Below, piece after piece: positions 26,760 through 40,572 of a stretch of 64,000 nt of DNA. Position 1 is the stretch's first letter. The number at the start of each line of letters is the position of its first letter. This stretch comes from Octopus vulgaris. Lineage: Eukaryota. The notes below the pieces were generated by a model. It was not told the origin of the DNA. It worked only from the letters and a program-made list of their open reading frames with translations, and searched no databases. A program made the translations under genes and the position numbers. The stretch is taken from the NCBI GenBank assembly GCA_951406725.2, contig OX597816.1, forward strand, positions 168,020,001 through 168,084,000, given 5' to 3'.

Positions 26760-27480
26760 AGCTTGGTTCTCTTTTGCTAAACTGGAATTTCTTTGCCAGG
26801 CACTGCAAAACCAAAGCAACTGGAAGGCACCCAGGCACTATAGAAACACCAATTTCTGGTTAAAATATCTAACAGGAACACATAAGATGCTAGCTGAGAA
26901 AAGAAACAAAGTAAAATCAAAATAATGGCTGATTCAAGGCAGAGACTGAAGGATTTCTAATTTCAGCACAAGATCAAAGCCTTCCCAACAGAAATCATCA
27001 GAAACACATAATGAAAAAAAAATTCAACTGCAGAATATGTGGTGATGAGAATAAATCATATTGTCTCTAGCTACCCAGTGCTGGCTAAGAAGGAATATAT
27101 CCAGATGCATGACAAAGTTGGGACCTATGTGCACAGGAAGCTATGCAAACACTATGGAATGACAGGGGAAAGATAGTACAGACACACCCCAGAAAAAGTC
27201 TCAGAAAATGACAAAGCAACCATACTCTGGGACATAACAATACATAGAGAGAAAAATCAAGGCTAATAGACCAGATATAATTGTCAGAGATCACCAAAAA
27301 AAAAAAAAAGAAAAAGTGCCTTCTTATCAATGTATGAAAATTATCTCTAAAAGAAACTCTCCAAATACAAAGATCTGGAAATAGAGTTAACTTGATTGTG
27401 GAGTCTAAAAACAGAAACAATCCCTATAATAATAGATACATTAGGTAGGATTAAAAATCATTCAGACAAATACATAACCA
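26760..27480 (+). mobile_element. Decayed R4/Dong-like LINE 3' region (CCHC + RLE endonuclease)
   Basis: AQDQ, CRICG, HDKVG, ILW and ANRPDIIVRD motifs in broken frames. Confidence 0.75.
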
Positions 27481-28174
27481 AAACACCATGACTGGCTGTG
27501 TGGTAAGTAGCTTGCTAACCAACCACATGGTTCTGGGTTCAGTCCCACTGCATGGCATCTTGGGCAAGTGTCTTCTGCTATAGCCCCGGGCCGACCAATG
27601 CCTTGTGAGTGGATTTGGTAGACGGAAACTGAAAGAAGCCTGTCGTATATATGTATATATATATATGTGTGTATGTATGTGCATGTTTGTGTGTCTGTGT
27701 TTGTCCCCCTAGCATTGCTTGACAACTGATGCTGGTGTGTTTACGTCCCTGTTACTTAGCGGTTCGGCAAAAAAAAAACCAATAGAATAAGTACTGGGCT
27801 TACAAAGAATAAGTCCCAGGGTCAATTTGCTTGACTAAAGGCTGTGCTCCAGCATGGCCACAGTCAAATGACTGAAACAAGTAAAAGAGAAAGAGTATAT
27901 ATAACATACAGAAAATAGCATTACTAGGGACCACACACATCCTAAGCTTCTCAGCTATTTTATGGATTTTACTTTGTCTATTTCTTTTCTCGGCTAGCAT
28001 CTTATGTATTCCTGTTAGATATTTTAGTTAAAAATAGTCATCGGCGTCATCATCATGACATCCATTTTTCCATAGAAGACTAGAAATAAATGACATCACT
28101 TATATACTGGTGCTGCTCATATTACAAGAATAATGTGATGTCAGGTCAAAAGTACACACAAACATGTATGCATG

Positions 28175-28515
<341 letters not shown>

Positions 28516-28731
28516 TTATAATAGGGTTCTTTCAGTTTCTGTCAACCAAATTCACTAAAATGGCTTTGGCAGAATACTCTTGTCCATGGGGCTGCACAGT
28601 GGGACTGAACCAGAGACCACATGGTTGGGAAGCAAGCTTCTCAATTACACAGCCTCACTTGCACCTATTCTCAATCAAATGCACATGCACACTCAACACA
28701 CATATGTAGACATATGCACACTTATTCACAG

Positions 28732-29222
28732 TACGAAGCTTTGCCAGTGAACAGGTCGCGGTCTCAAAGCTATGAAAATATTTTGACAAATTAAATTTAA
28801 ATGTTGAAGTGAATCTAACGGTTTTGTGTGTTTCTTAAATGGCTTATAAACACCTTCCATGCTGCAATTGTTTTCGTTCCAGCTCACGATCTCAGATCAA
28901 GTCACTTGCTATTCCAGCTCACGATCTCAGATCAAGTCACTTGCTATTGTTAGATTCACTTCAACATTTAAATTTAATTTCGCAAAATATTTTCGTCACT
29001 TTGAGACTGCGACCTGTCCACTGACAAAGCTTCGTAGTGAACAGGTCGTGGTCTCAAAGCACCGAAAATATTTTGACAAATTAAATTTAAATGTTGAAGT
29101 GAATCTAACGGTTTTGTGTGTTTCTTAAATGGCTTATAAACACCTTCTATGCTGCAATTGATTTTGTTCCAGCACACGATCTCAGATCAAGTCACTCGCT
29201 ATGCAAGTACATCTCCATAATA
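28732..29222. repeat. Three rearranged copies (+/-/+) of the ~200-bp repeat family that carries the G3:C8 hammerhead-like motif
   Basis: 28732-28819 is inverted at 28949-29036. A third copy runs 29037-29222. Same family as 38933-39140. Confidence 0.85.
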
Positions 29223-29519
29223 TGTAAAATATATATCTAAATATATCTATAGCAGTCTGCCCATCCTTCCATCCATCTATCTATCTAGTTATCTATTTTT
29301 TATGTTTTACTTGATCAGTCATTAGACTGTGGCCATGATGGGGCACCACCTTGAAGTAATTTTAGTCAGATGAATCAACCCCAATACTAATTTTTTTAAC
29401 AGCTTGTTACTTATTTGATCAGTCTCTTTTGCTGAACCACTAAGTGATGGGAACATAAACACAACCCCCAGTTGTCATGCAGTAGCAGAAGATAAACACA
29501 GGCACAGAGAGATACTCAA

Positions 29520-29565
<46 letters not shown>

Positions 29566-29693
29566 GTGCACACGTGCATGTATGTATATATATATGCATT
29601 ATGTTAGTAAATAATCTTACTCTAGAGTACTGTTACTGAATGTTTTTCATTCAGAGATTTAGAAATAATAATTTCTCTCTCTCTTTCTCTCTG

Positions 29694-29778
<85 letters not shown>

Positions 29779-30088
29779 GCCCATTGTATATATATTTATA
29801 TATATTCTAGAATAATAAAAAAGTTCTTGGTACAGTGTAATATATTTGAAAAAATGAGTAGAGATGGTTTTTGTGGGAATAATTTTTATTTTAATGATAA
29901 TGTTTACAGTTACCCTAATGAGATTTGAGCTTTTCGGTAGCCATTTTCAAACTGAAATTCTGTGGTTTAGAAGGTTGCTTATATAGCAAAAGATTTTTCT
30001 TATAAGTATACAAATATAAAATAAAAATAAAAAATAGAAAATAAAAGATAGAAAATAAAAAAATTAAAATATAAAAATTAACAGAAAC

Positions 30089-31130
30089 AATATTTAGATG
30101 ATTGCTTTATATTCTGGACCAAAACCCAAGAAAACTTAAGAATCTTTAACTCACTTTTAAACAACTTATGCACTTCAATAAAATTCACCATGGAACAAAA
30201 CATAAAGGAATTACCATTTTTGGACATACTACTAATTAAAGAAAATAACACTATAAAAATAGATCTCTTCTACAAACCTACAGACACGCACCAATATTTG
30301 AACTTTCCTTCCTCCCATCCCTCGCACACCAAAAGAAATGTACCCTTTGATATGGTAAAACGAATTTGCACGATAGTAATAGATGCAGAATTAAGGAACA
30401 CAAGATTACAGGAATTAAAAATATTTCTAGGGGAACAAAAATATCCCACAAATTTAATTGACACAGCAATCACGAAAGCAAAAAACATCCTAACCACAAC
30501 CCACAGAGGAAAACAAACACAAAGATAAAAATAAAAATGAACTCCTTTTGTCATCACCCACAACCCAAGAAATCATGACACCATCAACACTGCAAAATGA
30601 TACCTCTCAATTCTTCAACATTCAAGAATGAACCAATTAATAAGAGACTCAAAGATAATTTATAACAGATGGCAAGCAACCAACATAAAAAAAACCCCTC
30701 TTAACCCAAGCAAAATTTACAACCACAGAAACAACAAAGAAAGTTAAAAATGTGGTGACCCTCACTGTGGAATATGCGACTGCATTGAAGAGGGAGTACA
30801 AATTACTTTAAAAAACAATGACACTTTTAAAATAAATGCAAATATGAATTGCAAATCCAGGAATTTAATCTACTGTGTCACATGTACTGAATGCAACAAA
30901 TACTATATTGATGAAATGGGCATCAGACTATATGAGAGAGTAAGGATACACAAACAACAAATCCATGACCCCTCCGTTAGAAACACAACCTGTAGCGAAC
31001 ATTTTGAAAACTGTGGGAAAAGAAAATTTAAAATATACCCTTTCTTCAAACTGTGGACAGAAAATAAACATTTTGGTAAGGCCAAGGAAAAGTATTTTAT
31101 TTGAAAATATCAGCCAAAACTGAAAAAAGA
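30089..31130 (+). mobile_element. 5'-truncated Penelope-like retroelement (RT C-terminus + GIY-YIG endonuclease)
   Basis: YLDDCFIFW, LPFLDIL, YKPTDTHQYLNF.SSHP and CKSRNLIYCVTC..C...YI motifs, with stops and frameshifts. Confidence 0.9.
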
Positions 31131-31633
31131 AATAATAATAACACAACCACCAGAACTACCATCTCAACAATCCACAGAAAGAAACCAACCAGACACTGTC
31201 CGAATAAGGAAAAGTACATATGGACTGAATTGAATTGAAGTTGTGACCATGCTGGGGCACCACCATTTGATTTTGCAACATACATTTTTCAGTTTGCTAA
31301 TATTTTTAAGAACTTGACATTTGATACATGAGAGAATCTGACACCCTTGAGAGTAAGAGATCTAATCCAGTTTTTTTATGACACATTCACGTGATATGAG
31401 TATACACCCTTTTTTTGTACTATCTTATGTATGCACATGCATATATGTGTAGAAATATCTATAGCTATGTGTATATATGCATATATGTGTGAAGGTATGG
31501 AAGTATGTATATTTACATAAAAATATAATTATATAAGTTTGTATGGATGTACACCCTCTTACACATGTACACATAAACACATATGCATGTATACACATAT
31601 GCGTGTATGTATGTGTGGGTATATGCATATGTG

Positions 31634-31664
<31 letters not shown>

Positions 31665-31784
31665 GTATGTGTATGTATGTGTGTATATGTACATGTGTGC
31701 ATATGAATATTTATGTATATGTATGTATATGTGTGTATATGTATATATTTATGTGTATGTGTGCATACATGTGTGTATGTGCAG

Positions 31785-31828
<44 letters not shown>

Positions 31829-32205
31829 TCATCATCATCATCATTTAACGTCCGCTTTCCATGGGTTGGACGATTTTGACTGAGGGCTGGCGAACCAGAC
31901 TCCAATCTTGATTTGGCAGAGTTTCTACAGGTGGATGCCCTTCCTAACACCATATATATAAATATATATATGCATATGTACATATGTATAAGTATGTGTA
32001 TATATGGGTGTCTATATATATAAGGGGTTTGTATGATTGTGTATAGAAGAATATATTACTCAAAGGAATTCCAACTCTGTTTTTCCCGAAGTATTAATTG
32101 TCTATTCTTATCGAACAAATGAACAAACCAATTTCATTGACATTATTATGAAACCACTATGCACACAATTCATTTTTTTATTCAACACACACACACGCAC
32201 ACACA

Positions 32206-32251
<46 letters not shown>

Positions 32252-33700
32252 GACACAAACTGAAATGATTTTTAAATACAAACAAAAAGAATATAAAACA
32301 GGCAATTTTAAAGCCAACAACATTTAAAAACAAACAAATTAACTATGTCCAGAGTAAATCAATCAGCAGCAGAAACAATGATAAATTTCTTGGTCTGACC
32401 TCATTGTTATCATTAAACAAAAACAAAAAGATCCGTTGCAATTCAGAAAATTAACTCCTAACAAAAAGGTTTGTGAGCAAAATTAAAAGAGAAAGCAGGG
32501 AAAATCAAGATACATCACAGTATTACATGCATGCTCCACAACAACACTATATCCCATAAACACAAGTTCTACAAAGAAGCAGTGGAGGCGCAATGGCTCA
32601 GTGGTTAGGGCAGTGGACTCGCGGCTGTAGGATCGCGGTTTCGATTCCCAGACCGGGCATTGTGAGTGTTTATTGAACAAAAACACTTAAAGAGGCTCCA
32701 GCAAGGGGTGGTGGTGAACCCTGCTGTACTCTTTCACCACAACTTTCTCTCACTCTTTCTTCCTGTTTCTGTGGTGCCTGTATTTCAAAGGGCCAGCCTT
32801 GTCACACTCTGTGTCATGCTGAATCTCCCCGAGAACTACATTAAGAGTACACGTGTCTGTGGAGTACTCAGCCACTTGCATGTTAATAAATGAGCTGCGA
32901 CGTCACTGGTGCCTTTGCGTTTCCCTTGGATAACATCGGTGGTGTGGAGAAGGATGGCTGGTGTGCGTAGGCGACTGCTGGTCTTCCATAAACAACCTTG
33001 CCCAGACTTGTACCTCGGAGGGTAACTTTCTAGGTGCAATCCGATGGTCATTCGTGACCGAAGGAGGTCACAATCACAATAAAGAAGCAATGAAGCAAAG
33101 AAAAAAAATGGAAATGAATAATAACAAATATGTTGAAGTAGGCAAACTTACTGACAAAATAAACATTTGAAAATTAAACAAGAGGTGCAGTTGTGGCTGT
33201 AGGATAAGAAGTTTGCTTCCCAACCATATGGTTCCAGGTTCAGTCCTTCTACTATAGCCTCAGGGTGACCAAACTCTTGTGAGTGGATTTGGCAGATGGA
33301 AACTGAAATAAGCCTGCTGTATGTGTGTGTGTGTGTCTATCTGTCTGTCTTTGTGTATATGTTTTACCCCTCCCCACTGCTTGACAACTAGTGTTGGTGT
33401 GTTAACATCCCTATAACTTAGTAGTTTGACAAAAGAACTGATATAATAAGTACCAGACTTTACAAAAAAAATAATAAATACTTGGGTGGGTCAATAAGTT
33501 CTACTAAAATGTTTCAAGGCCATGCCCCAGCATGGCCACAGTTTAATGACTGAAACAAGTAAAGCATAGCAGGTAACATCCAACTACACACTAAAAAGTA
33601 ACCAGCTACAGAAATTAAATGTATCCCAACAGAATCTACCACATACAAAACACATATGATACACAAAAGAAAGCAACACGGTAGCAATGACAACAATGAA

Positions 33701-33932
33701 AGGCGGTGAGCTGGCAGAAACGTTAGCACGCCGGGCGAAATGCCTATCCGTATTTCGTCTGCCGTTGCGTTCTGAGTTCAAATTCCGCCAAGGTCGACTT
33801 TGCCTTTCATCCTTTCGGGGTCGATAAATTAAGTACCAGTTACGCGCTGGGATTGATATAATCGACTTAATCCGTTTGTCTGTCCTTGTTTGTCCCCTCT
33901 GTGTTTAGCCCCTTGTGGGTAGTAAAGAAATA
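33701..33932 (+). mobile_element. SINE family D (copies at ~6461-6675, 17704-17825, 52530-52755, 59270-59480 and 34455-34600 on -)
   Basis: GAGCTGGCAGAA...GAGTTCAAATTCC head and conserved GCCTTTCATCCTTTCGGGGTCGATAAATTAAGTACCAG core. Confidence 0.85.
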
Positions 33933-35213
33933 CGTAGCAATGACAACACATGTAATGTGTAAAACCTCAAAACAAAGTGAAAAACTACAGAACCAAACCT
34001 GCAAGAAATAAGTAATGATGTACAGTAAATCAAAAGTACATACTGAGATATCAAGAACTAAAATCCAAAAAGATACTGAAGGGCACAGAATCATCCCAAC
34101 CCCTTAGATACTCTCAACCAAATAAACAACAACAAAAATAAACCCTTGGCCCTCACATCTAACGACAAACACAATAAAAATACACATAACATACTTAGGA
34201 AGCTGAAATAATGAAAACAGAAGAGAACAAAATGTCGTTGAAATGTGATCAATAAAAACACTTATGCATGCTCGAACAAATCATAGAAGAAAAAACATGC
34301 AGAATAAAATGTTTTGAAAAGCATAGAAGTGTTACTTCCAGGAGAATAAATTACTCCAATCAAATGCTAAAAACTTCAACAAGAACATAAATATAAAAGT
34401 GGAAGACACCAACGAAAATTCAAGCATACAGAAAAGGAATATTGTTTTCAAATTCTGATACAAGGCCAGCGATTTCAGGAAAGGGGGTAAGTCAATTACA
34501 TTGAACCCAGTGCTCAGCTGGTACTTATTTCATCAACTCCAAAAGGATGAAAGGCAAAGTCAACCTTGGCAGAATTTGAACTCTGAACATAAATTCAGGT
34601 GAAATGCCACTAATCATTCCACCAGCTTTCCAACTGAGAGATAATGTTAAATATAGAAAAATCAACACAGACAAAATGCACAATAAATCGTGTGGGGAAG
34701 AAAATATATTAGAACATCCCAATAACTGTCCACAATAACCAGCAAAGGAACTCATCAACACATTGGAAATTGCAAGCAACAGAAAAGTACCTGAGATTGA
34801 CAATGCTTCCAATTTCTGGATGAAACGTCTAATGGGTATATGACAGTAGTTTCCAATGAAGTAGTAAGCAGGCCAGAATCAATATCTGATAGGCTGCTGG
34901 ATAGGCTGCAAACAACATTAACTCCCTAAAACTAAAATATCTGAAACCAATAAATTTATAGGCTTGCCAACAATATACCAAGCCCTCACATCCATACTTT
35001 ACAAAAGACAGGTTTTACATCTGGAGATAAATAACTTATTGTCAAAGGAACCGAAAGGATGTTGAAAGGGAAAATATGAAAGCAGAGAAGAAGTGGTATT
35101 GGCATGCACCAAATGTATGATAAAGCCCAAGCTGCATGCAGTGTATGATAAAGCCCTAGCTGCAGTTATCAGGAAACTTACATAAGTGACAAGGATGTCA
35201 AAGTAAAATATTC

Positions 35214-35654
35214 GGATCTTTTCGGTTTGAACGGCAGTTTTTTCTAGCAGTGTCATATGAAATTGTCACCCATAATTATGACCCTAGTATCGATCTATTG
35301 CATTTCAATCTATTTTAGGGTTAGGTTTAGTTAGGGTTAGGGTTAGGGTTAAGGGAGGGGGGAAGGGTATATTTTTTTCTTCACAAATGTAAATAAACCC
35401 AATCTGTTTCTTAAACAAGGGACATATTCATACGGCACAGAATGCTTTTTACCTCAATGGACGTCAGTGTTTGGTTGAAATTGCAGAAATTGAAGAAGAA
35501 AAAGACAACAAATATCTTACAAACTATAGAATTTTCTCAATAAAGCCAAGAGAAAAAGATGTTTTATAAACACATTCTACCAGTATACGAAGTTTAAAAT
35601 TTTTTAGTTACCTAGAAATTATGTTAAAAACTGCCGTTCAAACCGAAAAGATCC
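35214..35654. mobile_element. MITE, Merlin-like, with internal (TTAGGG)n
   Basis: Perfect ~29-bp TIR GGATCTTTTCGGTTTGAACGGCAGTTTTT and perfect 8-bp TSD AAATATTC. Superfamily inferred from the GG termini and 8-bp TSD. Confidence 0.85.
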
Positions 35655-36234
35655 AAATATTCAGATATAATGATCAATGATTCGAAAGAAATTATATGCA
35701 CCTTGACAGGCATTGTGGTTTCTTTTGAACAAAACATTGCATGAAAGGAATTGGATAAAATTGTTCAGATACAACGATCTCAACACTGAAATACCATGTC
35801 AGACATAAAATTAAAAACTGAAGTAATAATGATTCTGTCTCACATAAATTCTTATTCAAACTTTCAGTTAAATATGACATCAGTGATTTTTCAATCACTG
35901 TTTTACTATCTCAGTAATGATGAGTTTTATCTTAGCATATGGTTGCCAGTGGATACTTGCTACTGACAAAGCCCCAAAGGGTAGTAATGCACATCACTAC
36001 TGGATGATTTTTCTCTGCAACAGATGTATCTTTGTGTATTTGAACACTGTACATATGAGTTACTATCTCAGAACAAACACAGCAGTTAATTAGGCTTTCA
36101 AGGCTTTTAAGTATGATACACAGACTGCTATTTTAAAGTAATACACATGTATACACACAAATACTTATACATATGTATGTGTATGTTCACACACACACAC
36201 ACACACACACATGTAAGTAACATGTATGTATATT

Positions 36235-36648
36235 CTTTTATTCTTTTACTCTTTTACTTGTTTCAGTCATTTGAGTGTGGCCATGCTGGAGCACCGCCTT
36301 TAGTCGAGCAAATCGACCCCAGGACTTATTCTTTGTAAGCCCAGTACTTATTCTATCGGTCTTTTTTGCCGAATCGCTAAGTGACGGAGATGTAAACACA
36401 CCAGCATCGGTTGTCAAGCAATGCTAGGGGGACAAACACAGACACAAAAACACACACATACATATATAGATATATACATATATACGACAGGCTTCTTTCA
36501 GTTTCCGTTTACCAAATCCACACACAAGGCTTTGGTCGGCCCGAGGCTATAGCAGAAGACACTTGCCCAAGGTGCCACACAGTGGGACTGAACCCGGAAC
36601 CATGTGGTTGGTTAGCAAGCTACTTACCACACAGCCACTCCTGTGCCT
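36235..36648 (-). mobile_element. SINE family A (further - copies at ~49358-49503 and 54494-54745)
   Basis: Reverse-complement identity to the family. Confidence 0.9.
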
Positions 36649-36893
36649 ACATGTATATTTGTGTTTTGTGCACATACACATAAAATAAATATGTTTCTGC
36701 ACAGTTTCCATCTACCAAGTTATACTCTTTAGCATTAGTAAACCTAAAGCTACTGTAGAAGATATTTGCCCCAAGTACTGTGATGTGGAAGTGAATCCAA
36801 ATCCATATTATTGTAATGAAAAATTCTTTACCTCACAGCTATGCTTACACTTATATATTAAATTACAAGATTATATTGATATCTATTTAAATA

Positions 36894-37760
36894 TTGGGTT
36901 GTCTGGAAAGTTTGTGCCGATTTATAGTAGCTAACCTTTCGGCTTATTTTGAGTCCATAAAATAGGGTTTTACTACAACTCCATTTAGAGCACCATTTAA
37001 TCTATCTTTTCATGGAAAAAGGTTTATATTCCTATAACCTGTGTTAATTCTGTAACTCTTTACAATGGAAGATAAGAAAGTTAATTTTTGGCACTTGATG
37101 CTTTTCTTTTTCCTTAAAGGGGAAAATGCCTCACAAGCAACCAAAGAAATACGTGCAGTTTACAGTGATGTTTCTTTATCTGAAAGAACTGTACAGAAAT
37201 GGTTCGTAAGGTTCCGAGCTGGAAATTGTCGCTTTATTAACAACAAGCGATCAGGCAGACCATCCAGTACAGATGATGACCAAATCAAATCATTAATTAA
37301 GAATAACCCACATTGCACAACCCAAGAATTGGCAGAAAGCCTCAAACTATCAAATTCCGTTGTTCATGAGCACCTGGTAAAGCTTGGGTACACAAATCGC
37401 TACGATGTTTGGGTACCACATGAGTTGAGTGAGAAGAACCTTTTGGATCGCATTTCCATCTGTGATTCGCTTTATAAATGGAATGAAAACACACCTTTTT
37501 TAAAGCAAATTGCGACAGGTGATGAGGAATGGATTATCTACCAAAATGTTCAAAGAAAGTGATCCTAAAGTAAGTGACATGAGCCAACCTTAGCCACCCC
37601 AAAAGCGGGTCTTCACCCTAAAAGTCTTGCTTTGTGTCTGGTGTGATTGGAAAGGAATTCTGTACTATGAGCTTCTCCCAAGTAACCAGACAATTAATTT
37701 TGAGAAACACTGCACACAACTGGATGAGTTAAAAGCAGCAATTCAAGAGAAACATTCCAG
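36894..37760 (+). mobile_element. 3'-truncated mariner (Mos1-like) element
   Basis: TA + TIR TTGGGTTGTCTGGAAAG. ORF 37065-37562 has RSGRP, WVPHEL and TGDE. A downstream fragment has CVW.DWKGILYYELL. Stops and frameshift are present. Confidence 0.92.
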
Positions 37761-38239
37761 AATGTCATTGACCTTTTACCAAGGATGGCTTCGCCTTTTA
37801 TCCATGGAAGAGGGGTGGGAGATAGAATGTAATTGACCCCTACCCACCTCTCAAACTTGCTGGTTTTGTGCCAAAATCAGAAAAACATATTCTAATAGCA
37901 GTCAGTGGTAAGAAAGTAGGTCAGGGTTATTTATCGCTGCATCAGTTACAGATTATTGCCTAAAAAATGTGTACATGTATGTGCTTGCCTCTGTATGTAT
38001 GTGAGTGAAAAGTAAAATCATAAAAGAAATAAGATGGCTCCTCAAAAGCATAAAATAAATAAAAGGAAAAGAAATGTAAAATAAAATGGAAAGCAGACAT
38101 TTTACTAGAATGGTCAAGAGGGTTGCAATCTTATGCAGGAATAACATACTTTCAATCTAAAGCAACGAATTAGTGAAATTTTAAAGAAAATATTATAGTC
38201 ATAAAATAAGAAAGTCTTTCGAATAATCGTTTAACAAAC

Positions 38240-38348
38240 CTGCAGATTTAACATGCATACGATTTTCAACCAGGAAAAGTTGTAAGTATTGAGGGCAGTG
38301 AGGAGCAAAATCTTTCACAGCCCATGATCGCAAAATTGTATGTTGATC
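38240..38348 (-). CDS. Slo2: Slo2 exon (RCK1): [36 protein letters not shown]
   Basis: ctctttag/gtttgt, 109 nt, phase 0-1. [13 protein letters not shown] motif. Confidence 0.96.
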
Positions 38349-38487
38349 CTAAAGAGATGAAATGGAATTATTAGTAAACAGAAATCAATTCTAACAGTGG
38401 ACATAAAGTTTTAAAAAAATGTGAAAAAATAGATTCTCAAGTGTAGGTGTCACAATGAGTACAACATACATTGTGCATTAAATTTAT

Positions 38488-38920
<433 letters not shown>

Positions 38921-38932
38921 TATATATATAAA

Positions 38933-39140
38933 TATTACGGAGATGTACTTGCATAGCAAGTGATTTGATCTGAGATCGTGTGTTGAAACAAAAACAATTG
39001 CAGTGTGGAAGGTGTTTGTAAGCCATTTAAGAAACACACAAAAGCCCTTCGATTCACTTCAACATTTAAGTTTAATTTGTCAAAATATTTTCGCCGCTTT
39101 AAGACAGCGACCTGTTCACTGACAAAAATCTGTGCTGCAT
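38933..39140 (-). mobile_element. ~200-bp hammerhead-like repeat (possible Penelope pLTR or retrozyme-like unit)
   Basis: Reverse-complement match to 29037-29222. Confidence 0.65.
39076..39126 (-). ncRNA. Minimal type I hammerhead-like motif with G3:C8 core swap
   Basis: TTTGTCA-GTGAACA-G-GTCGCT(GTCTTAA)AGCGGC-GAAA-ATAT-TT-TGACAAA. Perfect 7-bp stem I, 6-bp stem II and a palindromic loop III. Confidence 0.65.
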
Positions 39141-39299
39141 CTGAACATTGGTTTATATATAAATAATCAAATGAATAACAGACAATGGATAATTGTTAGC
39201 TCTTCAACACTTGGTGGTTAAAAAATATTGCCAAAGGGACATGATACAACATTCAAAGGTAGTTTGTATCGATATTAAACCTCTGCCACTTCGTTTTCA

Positions 39300-39376
39300 T
39301 TTTAGGTAGAGGCTAGGGTTAGGGCTAGGGTTAGGGTCATGGTTAGGGTTAGGGGTTAGGGTTAGGGTTAGGGTTG
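39300..39376 (+). repeat. Interstitial telomere-like (TTAGGG)n tract
   Basis: About 12 perfect and degenerate units. Confidence 0.9.
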
Positions 39377-40119
39377 ATGTGGAAATTATGTATGCAGTTT
39401 AGTCTCACATGTATATAGCAATGAAGACAAAACACAAACATTGTAGATCTTCAATTTTGTCTCAATTGAAATTCCATTCCAAGGCCATAGACGTCTATTC
39501 AGTTTTTGGAATCCCTATCTGGCTTTCTTGATTTGAAGGGAGATTTCACCATCAAGAGTATTTGTCATGTTTAATAGCTAAATACACAAATTTTTCCACA
39601 ATTTGCAATTTCCCTTCATACACATAAGTGTTTGGCTCAGAAGAGGCTTTACTTGGGACATTATGACTATCATTTTTAGGCTGATTGTTAGACACAAAGC
39701 ATTGCATGCTGTGAAGGTGGAATCCATAAGCTTCTGCTGCATTTCACTCTGAGAGTGAGCAACAACATTACATCTGTCAGCTGACAAGAATTTACATATT
39801 AGTGATGAGAACAGCCTTGTTCTTACATCAAACTACCTTATAATCAACATCTGATGTACACCTGATGTAAGTATCCCTCAAAAGCCATAAAAAAAATCAG
39901 GCAATTTAACATCAAAATCCTTACAAACATTCCATTGAGCTTTCCACACTCGATAAAATTTTGTTTGAATTCCCTCCACCCATCATTCACTGCTTTCCTC
40001 TATAATGGACAATCTAGTGAGGCTCCCAACAATTCTCCTTACCAGCTTGTTTGGTAAGGAAGGTCTATTTTGTTGGACACTCTGACATGAAAAAGCAAAA
40101 ACACACACAGTCATACATA

Positions 40120-40514
40120 TCTTTATATATAAAAGTGAGGTTGTGTGTCTGTCTCCTATGATTTAAATTCCTAACTAATCCCACATTTTGCGGTGCAGTT
40201 TAAGCAAAACCGGGTATCTTATAGTCGTGATTCATATCGAGCCCTTCTGGGTATTAGTGCGCGTCTACGATGAGTCTACGATTTAAAAAAAAATTTACCA
40301 TCAATTTTTCCCATTTTTAATGCATTTTTGGCATATATAAGGGAAGTAACTCTCTAAAAATTTATTATTAAATCTCAGAACGTAAAAAGCTACAATAACA
40401 CCACCCCCCTTTGTGGTTAGCCATATTGAGATGGCTATTATACTTTACATCTCTAAAAATGCTTATATAGTTATTTCCCTTACAAACCCGAGCAACGCCG
40501 GGCGATACTACTAG
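40120..40514 (+). mobile_element. Non-autonomous Helitron
   Basis: A|TC 5' end, subterminal hairpin CCCGAGCAACGCCGGG, CTAG|T 3' end, no TSD. Confidence 0.8.
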
Positions 40515-40572
40515 TATACATTAAAATACACATATATGTATAGAGAAGGTAATGTAATGGTATATAACTTAC

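Noticed and set aside
39300-39376. Telomere or chromosome-fusion scar
   Set aside because: A short, single-orientation tract inside an intron of a colinear gene, better explained as transposon-borne.
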